A stretch of DNA of 64,000 nt from Rubripirellula sp. (lineage in GTDB: Bacteria > Planctomycetota > Planctomycetia > Pirellulales > Pirellulaceae). Below are positions 35,206 to 44,775 of the stretch, one piece after another. Location: contig OZ244207.1 in assembly GCA_965216875.1 (NCBI GenBank), positions 7,872,001 to 7,936,000 on the forward strand. Reading direction: 5' to 3'. Every line of letters starts with the position of its first letter. The stretch's first letter is position 1. Under the pieces are notes generated by a model. It was not told the DNA's origin, ran no database searches, and saw only the letters and a list, made by a program, of their open reading frames with translations. Both the position numbers and the translations under genes were made by a program.

Positions 35206-37173
35206 GTGGAACAATCCCGATACCTTACTGCCCCGGTTGGAACGCCATTGAGCATCGCTGAACGAAAAGTCAACGTCACGGACCTGTATGGTGTCGACCG
35301 CTGGGGCGACGGCTACTTTTACGTTGGCCCCAGTGGCACGTTGCATGTTTCGCCGCAGCGCGACGATGGGCCGAGCATCGACCTGAGTGAATTGGTCGAT
35401 CAACTTCACCAACGTGGACTGAGTCTGCCCGTGTTGGTGCGGTTCAATGGCATCCTTCAGAATCGACTCAAGCGGCTCAATGATTGCTTCGATCGGGCGA
35501 TCAAGGATCACGAATACAAGAACGACTACCGATGCGTTTACCCCATCAAGGTGAACCAGCAAAGTGAAGTGGTTGAGCAGTTGGTCTCACACGGTCGAAA
35601 GTATGGCTTTGGTGTCGAGGCTGGCAGCAAGCCCGAGTTGTTGGCCGTGATCGCAATGACCGACAACGAAACGCCGATCGTTTGCAATGGGTTCAAAGAC
35701 AATGACTTTGTGCGGCTCGCATTGCAGGCGCAAAAGATCGGTCGAGACATCACGCTCGTGGTCGAAAAAGCGAGCGAGCTTGACTTGATTCTCAAGCACG
35801 CCGAAACGTTACAGGTGCGCCCTTCAATTGGGATTCGCGTGAAGCTTGCGACGCGTGGTTCGGGCCGGTGGCAGGCCAGTGGCGGGTACCGAAGTAAGTT
35901 CGGGTTGACGGTCGCCGAAGTCCTGCACCAATTACAAAGGCTCGAGGAATTGGGGCTGGCCGATTGTTTTCGGTTACTTCATTTTCACGTTGGCAGTCAA
36001 ATCACCAACATCCGGCAGCTCAAGTCAGCCATCCTGGAAGCCGCCCGCATCTACGCCGACCTCCATCGCCGCGGTGCCGGGTTGGACGTGTTTGACGTCG
36101 GCGGCGGCCTTGGGGTCGACTATGACGGTTCGAGCAGCACGGGGCACTCGAGCACCAACTACACGATGCAGGAATATGCCAACGATGTTGTCTATTTGGT
36201 GCAAACGGTCTGTGACGATGCCGACGTGCCGCATCCCCGGCTCGTTTCCGAAAGTGGACGCGCCGTCGCCGCGCATCACAGTGTGCTGATCGTCGAAACG
36301 TTGGGCGTGACCGCGCAAGGAAACGTACAACAGCTGCCCGAATCGATTCCCGAAAACTACGAACAACCGGTCCACGATCTATGGTCGACCTATCATGATT
36401 TAAGCGAAGCGAATTTGCGCGAGTCGTTTCATGATGCGCAAAACTCGCTCGACTTGGCGATGAATCTTTTCAGCGGCGGCTACCTGCCGCTGCAGCAACG
36501 GGCCGTTGCCGAGAACCTTTACTTCGCAATCTGTCACCGAGTACGCAAGCTTGCCGATCAGCTTGATGAGTTTCCAGGTGAACTCAAACACCTCGATCGA
36601 ATGCTCTCGGACATTTACTTCGTCAACTTTTCGCTGTTTCAGTCGATGCCCGACTCGTGGGCGATCGGTCAAATGTTCCCGGTAATGCCCATTCATCGAC
36701 TTGATGAAACCCCAACGCGGCATGCGGTGTTAGGAGACATCACGTGTGATAGCGATGGTCACATTGAACAGTTCACTCGAGACGGCAAGTGTTGCAACAC
36801 CATGTTGCTGCATCCGCTGCGCGAGAATGAACCGTATCGGCTTGGACTCTTTTTGGTCGGCGCTTACCAAGAGATCCTCGGCGACTTGCACAATCTGTAT
36901 GGTGACACACATGCGGTGCATGTCGAACTCGACGGCGATCAGGTCTCGATTCAATCCGTCGTGAAGGGCGACTGTGTCTCGGAAGTGCTTGGCTATGTCC
37001 AGTACGACGATCGACGTTTGATCAAGAATTGGCTCGACTCGGTGGAAGTCGCCGTTCGGCAGGGACGGATATCGCACAGTGAAGCTGGGCAAGCCATTCG
37101 CTGTTACGAAGAGGCGCTCAATGGATACACCTATCTCACCGCCGAACTAGAGAAAAAAGGCACTGTTAAGTAA
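35206..37173 (+). CDS. speA: Biosynthetic arginine decarboxylase
   Basis: WGDGYF, YPIKVNQ (PLP Lys), EAGSKPEL, CNGFKD, SKFGL, HFHVGSQ, DVGGGLGVDYDG, ESGRA, NFSLFQS.PD.WA, DITCDSDG and GAYQEILGDLHNL. Confidence 0.97.
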   Translation: MEQSRYLTAPVGTPLSIAERKVNVTDLYGVDRWGDGYFYVGPSGTLHVSPQRDDGPSIDLSELVDQLHQRGLSLPVLVRFNGILQNRLKRLNDCFDRAIKDHEYKNDYRCVYPIKVNQQSEVVEQLVSHGRKYGFGVEAGSKPELLAVIAMTDNETPIVCNGFKDNDFVRLALQAQKIGRDITLVVEKASELDLILKHAETLQVRPSIGIRVKLATRGSGRWQASGGYRSKFGLTVAEVLHQLQRLEELGLADCFRLLHFHVGSQITNIRQLKSAILEAARIYADLHRRGAGLDVFDVGGGLGVDYDGSSSTGHSSTNYTMQEYANDVVYLVQTVCDDADVPHPRLVSESGRAVAAHHSVLIVETLGVTAQGNVQQLPESIPENYEQPVHDLWSTYHDLSEANLRESFHDAQNSLDLAMNLFSGGYLPLQQRAVAENLYFAICHRVRKLADQLDEFPGELKHLDRMLSDIYFVNFSLFQSMPDSWAIGQMFPVMPIHRLDETPTRHAVLGDITCDSDGHIEQFTRDGKCCNTMLLHPLRENEPYRLGLFLVGAYQEILGDLHNLYGDTHAVHVELDGDQVSIQSVVKGDCVSEVLGYVQYDDRRLIKNWLDSVEVAVRQGRISHSEAGQAIRCYEEALNGYTYLTAELEKKGTVK

Positions 37174-37557
37174 ATTTCGGATAACCGCATTTTTAGGGGG
37201 ATAGGTGCCAAAATGCGGTGAAACCAATGGATGAGGGCAATGAGGCAGCGCCAATCACCACTTGATAGCTGGCAATCGTAAAACGCTAGCAAATGATTGC
37301 TCTTTACGCTTTTCGGCGTGAAACTCAGAATCGCTCTCGTTCAAGTGGTGTGTGGGCCTCCCGCTGAAGCGTCATGCGGTTTATCGCAATTGACATCAGC
37401 AAGTGGCCCACTGCGTCCCTTGGAAAACAGCAACCTGATTCACAACTTGTCCCGCTTCGATGGCTGTCATCCAGGGCGCCATGACTTGATCGGCCTCAAG
37501 TAGGAGGTTCCACCATTAGGCGGGGGCTGAGTTGTCGATTTCTGCAAGGAGTGTGTG

Positions 37558-38343
37558 ATGTTGGTTTTGTCACGTCGCGAGTCGGACAAGGTACTGTTTC
37601 CCAGTTTGGGCATCTCGGTTGAGGTGCTTCGGATCCAGGGCAACAAAACAAGGCTAGGGATTTCAGCGCCGGATGATGTCCCGATTCTTCGGCATGAAAT
37701 AGCTGGGCTAAAGGACATTGAGTTTGCCCCGGGCGAAGGTTCTCAGGCTGACCGGCTACGGCACCTTGTTCACAGTATGCGTGGGCATTTGGACGCGACG
37801 GCAACGCAGCTGAACCAGTTGCATACGTCGCTCGATCAATCGGGCAACGATTCAGCCCAAACGATCATCGACCAATTGTTTGGCGAACTGCGGGCGCTCG
37901 AAAAAGAAGCACATCAAGTGCTCGAAGATTCGGGCAAGCAGTTCAACGTGACTCCGCAAGCGCTGTTGGTCGAGGATTCGGCTGCCGAACGCAAGCTGCT
38001 CGAAGCCTATTTGGACGTCAGTGGATTTGCCGTGACAACGGCAAAAGACGGGCGCGATGCGCTTGATTACCTTTCATTACATGCACCGCCAGACGTCGTC
38101 TTGCTCGACATGATGATGCCTCGCATGGATGGTGTCGAATTCGTCAAGAACGTACGCAGCGATCCCAAGCTCAAGCAATTGTCGATCTTTGCGTTGACAG
38201 GCTTGGAGCAGCACGAGCTTAGTCAGCTTGGGATTCCAACGGGACCAGAAGGTGTCAATCAGTGGTACACCAAACCGGTCGATCCCAAGTCGCTCGTTCA
38301 CGACGTTGCCGTTCACCTGACGAGTTTGGCGACCGTCGCCTGA
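37558..38343 (+). CDS. CsrA-domain / response-regulator receiver fusion protein
   Basis: N-terminal CsrA (MLVLSRRESDKV...RLGISAPDDVPILRHEI) and C-terminal REC (LLVED, VLLDMMMPRMDG, ALTG, TKP). AAGGAG RBS. Confidence 0.9.
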   Translation: MLVLSRRESDKVLFPSLGISVEVLRIQGNKTRLGISAPDDVPILRHEIAGLKDIEFAPGEGSQADRLRHLVHSMRGHLDATATQLNQLHTSLDQSGNDSAQTIIDQLFGELRALEKEAHQVLEDSGKQFNVTPQALLVEDSAAERKLLEAYLDVSGFAVTTAKDGRDALDYLSLHAPPDVVLLDMMMPRMDGVEFVKNVRSDPKLKQLSIFALTGLEQHELSQLGIPTGPEGVNQWYTKPVDPKSLVHDVAVHLTSLATVA

Positions 38344-38363
38344 GTGATTTCGACCGATCGGAC

Positions 38364-38441
38364 GTAGCTATGCTCGCCAGAGCGTGGGGCTGGAAGAGAA
38401 CGTCCAGCCAACACATTCCACCTTCTGGCGAAGGTAGCTAC
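38364..38441. repeat. Inverted REP doublet, family B (GTAGCTAxxxTCGCCAGAxxGTGG)
   Basis: GTAGCTATGCTCGCCAGAGCGTGG (38364-38387) and inverted CCACCTTCTGGCGAAGGTAGCTAC (38418-38441). Confidence 0.85.
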
Positions 38442-38453
38442 GACGCGTTCGTC

Positions 38454-38531
38454 GTGAGCCCAGCGCGCTAGCGTCGGGCCTTGTCCTCTGTTGCGCGATC
38501 AAGGCCCGAGGCCTCACGGCCGGCGGCTCAC
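38454..38531. repeat. Inverted REP-like doublet, family C
   Basis: GTGAGCCCAGCGCGCTAGCGTCGGGCCTT ... AAGGCCCGAGGCCTCACGGCCGGCGGCTCAC. Confidence 0.8.
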
Positions 38532-38534
38532 GGG

Positions 38535-38557
38535 ATTCCGCCTGAAGGCGGGACTAC
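38535..38557 (-). repeat. REP, family A
   Basis: Identical to 8328-8350. Confidence 0.85.
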
Positions 38558-38580
38558 GAACGGTGACCACGGCCGGCGGC

Positions 38581-41500
38581 TCATGTTGCCGAAAGGCTGC
38601 CAAAGATCCTCACTTCGGCCAGAGCCAGCACATCATCGACGCCTGCCATTTGAATGCGCAAGTACCGACCAAGAGTGCCGATTGCGATTGATTCAACCGG
38701 ATCGGCCTCTTCGACTTGGTTGAAGGCCCAGATTCCTGGATCGTTGAGCGCGGCGTCAAGGTTTCCGCTACTCAGTGGATCCTCCGAAACGATGACCCAG
38801 AAATTGCTGAGCGGGAAGCTTGTTCCATCGGCCAAATGGATCTCAAGGGTGCTGAGATCGTAGACTTGGCCAAGGTCGATTTCCCAAAGGGGTGTTCGAG
38901 TTCGAACGGTTTGGGAGAAGGATGCATCGGCCGGGCTGGAGCTCGTATTGCCATCGACGGCGCGCGATGCGTACGCGCCTGATTCGGTGGTCGATTGGAA
39001 GGTGGGACGACCGAGCGCCAAGTTGCCATCCGTCGGCGCGGTTGCAAGCACGTCGATCTCGACTTCGCGCGTGCTGGTTCCACCACGGTCATCCACGACG
39101 ACAAGCGTGGTCGTATTGCGACCGACCGTGACGTAGGCGTGCGATGCGGTCGCTCCACTCGCGTCGATGATCCCGTCCGATTCGAAGTCCCAGAAGAACG
39201 CGAGGGGATCGCCGTCAGGGTCGGACGAGGCGGTCGCATCGAGGGTCACCAGTTTTGGCGTTGGCCCCGCGGTCGATGACGCTGACGCGAACGCGATGGG
39301 GTTGGTGTTGCCCGATCCTTGGGAAGTGTAAACAAGCCGTTCGAGCTTGCCTGTGATCAACGACAACGTCCAAAGGCTTCCGTCGGGGCCGATTTGAATG
39401 TCAACAACTCCCGGGAAGGCGCCAAGGTCGCCGAAAGGTTGGTAGTTCCCTTGCGAATCGGCCGAATAAACGATGCCTTGGTTGAAGTTCCCGAAGAAGT
39501 AGCGTCCGTTGTAGATTTCGGGATAGATCGCCCCGTCGCCACGCCAAACCGTTCCTCCAACGATGGCATCGCCGCCACCAACATCGGTGTGAGGCAAGGC
39601 AATGAAAGCTGACTCATAAACGAAGTTTTGCGGAACCGTTCCATAGGGAGTTCGGTTTGTGTCTTCGTAGTAGGGCCAGCCGTAGTTAAGAACCGTCGAG
39701 CCATCGGCTCGCATGACATTGATTTCTTCGGGGCCACTATCGGTGACTTCGCCCATGTAGACATCACCGGTGGCGCGGTCGACACTCATCTTCCAAGAGT
39801 TGCGTAGCCCGACGGCCCAAACACGTGAGGCGATGCTTGATGGATCGCTGACATCGTAGAACGGGTTCTCGGGAATTCCCTCGAAGGTTTCACGATTGAT
39901 TCGGAACAGTTTTCCTTGTCGCGAGGTTGGGTCTTGCGTCGCAAGGCGAAGGTTTGGGTCAAAGCCGCCATCACCCCACGTGTAAATCAGGTTCCCCGCA
40001 TTGTCAAAGTCGATGTCGCCCACCGCATGAGTTGCGTGAGACATCTGATGGCCATCTTGAATGACAACCCGTGTCGTGGGATCAGCCACGTTGGGATCGG
40101 CCGCCGAGGCGCTGATGCGAATCAATTGTCCAGCCGCAGCCGTGTTGAAGTCTTCTTCGTCGGGGTTGGTCGGATTGAGTTCGACTGCGTATTGAACGTA
40201 AACGTGTCCGTTGGTGGCAAAGTCGGGGTCGATTGCAATGCCCATCATGCCACGATCAAAGAAGGAGTTGACTTCTTCGTTGATGTCAAGGAAGGGTGTC
40301 GCAAGCAATTGGCCGTTTTCAATGACCCGAATCACACCTGCCTTTTCGACAACAAAGATTCGTCCATCGGGCGCTGCGGCAAAGGCGACCGGTTGGTTCA
40401 GACCTTGGGCGATGGTTTCGGTGGTGAAGCCGGAACCGTTGGGGATCGTTGGTCCATCAGCCAGCGGGTTGCCAATTTCGATGATGCCGAAGTGCGTCTC
40501 GGCAGAACCCACATTGGTCCATTTCAGCTCGCCACCATCATTCATGGTGACAAAGTCGTTGCCGGGGTCGCCGGGGTTGTCGGTCGCCCAATTGGTGTAG
40601 GTCGCAGGTTGACCACTGACCCATTGAAACAGGTCGGTACCCGCCGGATCGCGAAGCCCGATCCAATAGGGTGATGTCGTTCCGAACGTGGTTTGCAACC
40701 ATGTTTCTTCAGCGGCATCGTTGATGGTGACAAGGTTTCCGCCCACGGCTTCGGCTGCCGTTTGTGCATCGGACCACGATGACGACGAAGGTGTCAGCAG
40801 GTAGAGATGTCCGTTGTATTGAAAAACCGGACTGCCACCGAGTTTTGCCGGGTCATCATCGGAGAGGATACCAAGGGCGGATGCTTGATCGATCGATGCG
40901 CCGCCGGTTGGAGCGGACAGCGCGACCGTGAAGGACTCGGTTGGTTCGTCGACGTCGTCGCTGATGATCGCGACGTTGACCGTCTTGCTTAGCTCGCCAT
41001 CGGCGAAGGACACGAGTGTCGAAGTTGCTTGGTAGTCTTCACCAGCGATCGCTTCGCCATCGATCGTGTCGAATACGACAGTGACCGCACCATCGCTGCC
41101 GCCCGAGCGAGTGATGACGAACGAGACGGCGCTATCAGCCTCGGTGGCTACCGCAATTGGCGGCGAGACGGAGAGAACACCAGGGCTTGGCGGTTGGTCA
41201 TCGTCGATAATGTTGATTCGCGTGCTCGCCAATCCAAGCCTTGCACCGCCAGTGGGATCACTTAAGACCAGGATCAGCGATTCGTCACCTTCAAACAAAG
41301 CGTCAGGAAGGAGGTCGAGGGTGATCGATGCACTCATTTGGCCGTCGGCGAAACTGACCGTGCCTGTTGCAGAGACATAGTCTTCTCCGGGAGTCGCGGT
41401 TTCGGCGGTCGTTGCATAGGTCACCGCAACCGTGCCAACGTTTCCGGCACGGACGAGTTCGATTTGAACGGAGTTCTCATTCTCGCTAACCGATTCAACG

Positions 41501-43338
41501 GCCGCGGTAACCGAAATCTCACCCGGGTCAGCATCGTATTGAAAGAATCCGTTCGCGTGCAGGATCTCGCTTTGGCGATAACCGGGTTGGATCCCGTCAC
41601 CAGGCAACCAAGTGCCCGTGGAAAAAACCGTCGGCGATTCGGTTTGGAAATCGACGCCATCGATTGAGATTTTGTCGACACGCAGGTTGCGGTCGATTCC
41701 GTTGCCGAAGCGGTCATTGTTGAACGTGACGCGAACACGATCGGCAGTGATCGTTTCATTTGCTGTGTAGCCGTAGTTTGCAGGCGTCAAGCCGATTGAG
41801 TTCCATGAAGCGACGGTTTGGCCATCGATTTGAAGGCTCATCGATTCGTCCCCTTCAAACCCTGACGCGGTGACCGAGATTTGCGACCCGTTGCCCGATG
41901 GCGTGTCGGCGTATTGGAAGTAGCCGTTGGTGTGCAGGATTTCGCTTTGCCGGAAACCGGGCTGCACACCGTCAGAAGGTAACCACGTTCCGGTCGAGAA
42001 CACGTCAGCCGCTTCGGTTTGATAGACCTGGCCGTCGACTTCGATCGAATCGACGATCAGATTGCGATCGATACCTGCCGAAGGGTTCCAAAGGTCATTG
42101 GTAAAGGCCACACGCACTTGTCCGGCGTTGATGGTGTCGGCAGCCTGAAAACTGAAGACCTGGTTTGCCGTGCCAATCGCTGCCCAGGTTTGGACGGTGA
42201 CGCCGTCAATTTGCAGTTGCAGGTTTTCGTCACCTTCACTGCCCCGCGCAACCACGTTGATGATCGATCCGTCGCCGCCTTGTGGGATCGCAGCGTATTG
42301 GAAGTAGCCGTCGGTATGGAGGTATTCGTTCTGACGAAAGCCGGGGACCACGCCGTCACTCGGAAGCCAGGTCCCCGTTGAAAAGACGCTTGGGTTTTCG
42401 GTTTCGTAGACCACTCCATCGATCGTGACGTTGTCGATGCGCAGGTTTCGGTCGCCCTCGATCGGGTCGATCAAATCGTTGGTGAACACCAACCGGACTT
42501 GCCCTGGATCCATCCCGTCGATGTTTGCCGTGTACGTCTCAAAGACGCCGGCATAGGCGTCGCCGCCAACATTGTTAAAAGTTGCAACGGTTGCGCCGTC
42601 GATTTGCAGCAGCATCTGTTCTTGGTTGGTCACACCCGCAGCCCGAATGCTGATCGGCAGCGTTCCCCGGTATTGGGCCCGAAACGATTCGGCAAACGCA
42701 AGTTTCGTTTCGATGGTTCCCAGTTGACGCTCGAGAATCCAATCGCCGCGTTGCAGGTTGCCCGTCACATTGGTTGAGGCGGCGACGTCCGCGCCGGACA
42801 ACTTCGAAAGGAGCGATACGAACGCGTGACCGCTGTTGCCAGATCCAACCTTGCAGCCATAGATCAGGATGTCGGCCGTGTTTGATAAGTGCGTTTGCCA
42901 ATTGCGAATCTTGCTGGCGTTGTTTGCCAGCGTGGTGCGGTCGACTTGTTGGTCGCCCAAAGCGAGCCGTCCGCTTTCGCCGTGAGTCACCAAATGAATG
43001 CTCGAGACACCCGTGCGACCTTGCAACGCTTCGCTGATCTGGTCAACGAGTGGCACGTTGGGCGACAGCAGCACAAGATCGTGCTGCGAACCGACATTCG
43101 CCAACACCGAATCGAACTGGGGAACATCCCCCGCCACGAAAACGATTCCAGGCGAACTTGCCGATTGAGTCACTGATTGCGTGGTCGATGGTGACGCGTC
43201 CAGCGGTGGCGCCACCACCGCTGGGGTGACATCGCCCGCAAGCATCAGTCGCGGTTCGAGGCAAGAGGCTGACCAGGGGGCGGTCCACTTGGATTGACGC
43301 CCCGACTGCTTCCGTTTTTTCATGCCCTGCAGCTTCAT
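38581..43338 (-). CDS. Large extracellular multidomain protein: LEPR-xLL, DUF4347, 3 Ca-dependent CBM-like repeats, 2 Calx-beta, C-type-lectin-like, PQQ glucose/sorbosone dehydrogenase-like propeller, PKD, F5/8-fucolectin-like
   Basis: LEPRLMLA; IHLVTHG...ILIYGC...GADVAAS...GDWILE; three FTND...DRNL...STGTW repeats; two 'GEDY....V.FADG'; YNGHLY...SWSDAQ...YWIGL; GLRNSW, NYGWP, YFFGNF; SSDPDGD...WDF; NLALGRP...SRAVDGN...GRYLRI. GGAGG RBS. Confidence 0.85.
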   Translation of the reverse strand: MKLQGMKKRKQSGRQSKWTAPWSASCLEPRLMLAGDVTPAVVAPPLDASPSTTQSVTQSASSPGIVFVAGDVPQFDSVLANVGSQHDLVLLSPNVPLVDQISEALQGRTGVSSIHLVTHGESGRLALGDQQVDRTTLANNASKIRNWQTHLSNTADILIYGCKVGSGNSGHAFVSLLSKLSGADVAASTNVTGNLQRGDWILERQLGTIETKLAFAESFRAQYRGTLPISIRAAGVTNQEQMLLQIDGATVATFNNVGGDAYAGVFETYTANIDGMDPGQVRLVFTNDLIDPIEGDRNLRIDNVTIDGVVYETENPSVFSTGTWLPSDGVVPGFRQNEYLHTDGYFQYAAIPQGGDGSIINVVARGSEGDENLQLQIDGVTVQTWAAIGTANQVFSFQAADTINAGQVRVAFTNDLWNPSAGIDRNLIVDSIEVDGQVYQTEAADVFSTGTWLPSDGVQPGFRQSEILHTNGYFQYADTPSGNGSQISVTASGFEGDESMSLQIDGQTVASWNSIGLTPANYGYTANETITADRVRVTFNNDRFGNGIDRNLRVDKISIDGVDFQTESPTVFSTGTWLPGDGIQPGYRQSEILHANGFFQYDADPGEISVTAAVESVSENENSVQIELVRAGNVGTVAVTYATTAETATPGEDYVSATGTVSFADGQMSASITLDLLPDALFEGDESLILVLSDPTGGARLGLASTRINIIDDDQPPSPGVLSVSPPIAVATEADSAVSFVITRSGGSDGAVTVVFDTIDGEAIAGEDYQATSTLVSFADGELSKTVNVAIISDDVDEPTESFTVALSAPTGGASIDQASALGILSDDDPAKLGGSPVFQYNGHLYLLTPSSSSWSDAQTAAEAVGGNLVTINDAAEETWLQTTFGTTSPYWIGLRDPAGTDLFQWVSGQPATYTNWATDNPGDPGNDFVTMNDGGELKWTNVGSAETHFGIIEIGNPLADGPTIPNGSGFTTETIAQGLNQPVAFAAAPDGRIFVVEKAGVIRVIENGQLLATPFLDINEEVNSFFDRGMMGIAIDPDFATNGHVYVQYAVELNPTNPDEEDFNTAAAGQLIRISASAADPNVADPTTRVVIQDGHQMSHATHAVGDIDFDNAGNLIYTWGDGGFDPNLRLATQDPTSRQGKLFRINRETFEGIPENPFYDVSDPSSIASRVWAVGLRNSWKMSVDRATGDVYMGEVTDSGPEEINVMRADGSTVLNYGWPYYEDTNRTPYGTVPQNFVYESAFIALPHTDVGGGDAIVGGTVWRGDGAIYPEIYNGRYFFGNFNQGIVYSADSQGNYQPFGDLGAFPGVVDIQIGPDGSLWTLSLITGKLERLVYTSQGSGNTNPIAFASASSTAGPTPKLVTLDATASSDPDGDPLAFFWDFESDGIIDASGATASHAYVTVGRNTTTLVVVDDRGGTSTREVEIDVLATAPTDGNLALGRPTFQSTTESGAYASRAVDGNTSSSPADASFSQTVRTRTPLWEIDLGQVYDLSTLEIHLADGTSFPLSNFWVIVSEDPLSSGNLDAALNDPGIWAFNQVEEADPVESIAIGTLGRYLRIQMAGVDDVLALAEVRIFGSLSAT

Positions 43339-43588
43339 CAAAAACCCTCCGTTGGACCTTGTCCGTTCCGTGACGCGCTCGTGCTGGCTCGCTACGCAGA
43401 AGATGGATCACTTTGATAGCACAATCCTAATGGATGCAGGGTGGGAGTTCTGTGAAGTTTGCGAGGAATGGGGGATTGTCGGGCGTTTGGAGTCCTAGGG
43501 AGTTCCAATGTCGATCGACGTTGACCTGAGCAGCCCGAGCCTGCTATCCGAGGGCAAGACATCCACCACTTGCGGATAAATCAGCCTC

Positions 43589-44773
43589 GTGCTTCAGCAA
43601 TTCCAGCCAGATTTTCGGAAAAAACGCCGGCGAATCCGACCGATCGAGTCGGTGTCGCTCTTGTTGTGCGTTTGCGCTGTGAGTTCGGTTGGCTGTCGCG
43701 GAAAGGCCCAGCAAGATGTTTATCGCCAAAAAATGGTGAGTGAGATTCGGGTCCTCGAGGACCAGCTCTATGCGGCGGACTACGAGAATCAGGTGCTTCG
43801 CGATCGCATTGACCTGTTGGAAAGCCGAGTCGATTCGGGGTCGGCGAAGGTTCTCGAACCGTCGAATCCCAACCAATCGCCCAAACCAAGCGTCGCGCCC
43901 AAACCGCGCGAGGCCGAGCCGGTCGAATTGCCCGACTTGCCACTCGACGATTTCAACATGGAAGTCGAAGAGGGCCAGCTTTCCGATCCCAACGCGCTGG
44001 ATGATCCCAATGCTTTGACAGACCCCGGAACGTTGTCTGACGGGCTTCCCGACCTGCCCAGCCTGCCGGAAGGCGACCCCTTCATGGATGACGCCAAGGC
44101 GCCCGAAACCGACGCGCCCGACGCAAATACGCCCGATGCCAATACGCCCGAAACCGGAGGTGCTCGATTGTTGCCGCCACCAGGTGGACCTGAGCCTCCA
44201 GGCACTCGAGATTTGCAATTGCCAGAAGTGAGCGAAGGCGAAATCATTCCGCCACCCGCTGGGGCGAAGGCAGAAGACCAGGATTCACCCGGCGGGCAGA
44301 TCATCTTGCCTGAGTCGATTCAATCACGAGGGGCATCGGTTCCCGAGTCGATCCGGATTCATCAGGGGCTTTCTGGCAAGCATCAGTTTGATGAAGAACC
44401 GGCAGAGGGCATCTTTGTGGTGATCAACGCGATCGATCGCAAAGGACGCATGGTCGATCTGAGTCAATTTGACATTGAAGCGGACTTGACCGTTGTTGCG
44501 GTTGACCCTTCCGATCAAGCACCTGCGGAGCCGCTTGGGCGTTGGGAGTTCAGCAGCAACCAAGTCAAGTCGTTTGTGCGGCAGTCGCCAGCAAGTGGTT
44601 TTCACATTCCGCTGCGATGGCAAGAGACCAAGCCGATGGGCGACGAAGTCGTGCTTCACGTTCGCCTGCGAGCCGAAGACGACGAGATGCGGTGCGAAGG
44701 TCGGTTGAAACTAACCGACAAAACGAATGTCGCAGATTGGACGCCACGAGCTGAATCGGTGCTCGTTCGCTAA
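43589..44773 (+). CDS. Hypothetical lipoprotein with coiled coil and Pro/Asp-rich linker
   Basis: Basic N-region, hydrophobic core and lipobox-like SVGC; coiled coil EIRVLEDQLY; globular C-domain. Confidence 0.75.
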   Translation: MLQQFQPDFRKKRRRIRPIESVSLLLCVCAVSSVGCRGKAQQDVYRQKMVSEIRVLEDQLYAADYENQVLRDRIDLLESRVDSGSAKVLEPSNPNQSPKPSVAPKPREAEPVELPDLPLDDFNMEVEEGQLSDPNALDDPNALTDPGTLSDGLPDLPSLPEGDPFMDDAKAPETDAPDANTPDANTPETGGARLLPPPGGPEPPGTRDLQLPEVSEGEIIPPPAGAKAEDQDSPGGQIILPESIQSRGASVPESIRIHQGLSGKHQFDEEPAEGIFVVINAIDRKGRMVDLSQFDIEADLTVVAVDPSDQAPAEPLGRWEFSSNQVKSFVRQSPASGFHIPLRWQETKPMGDEVVLHVRLRAEDDEMRCEGRLKLTDKTNVADWTPRAESVLVR

Positions 44774-44775
44774 GC

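Noticed and set aside
34156..35562. 468-aa minus-strand ORF
   Set aside because: Overlaps the well-supported iscA-like and speA genes in antisense and has no recognisable motifs.
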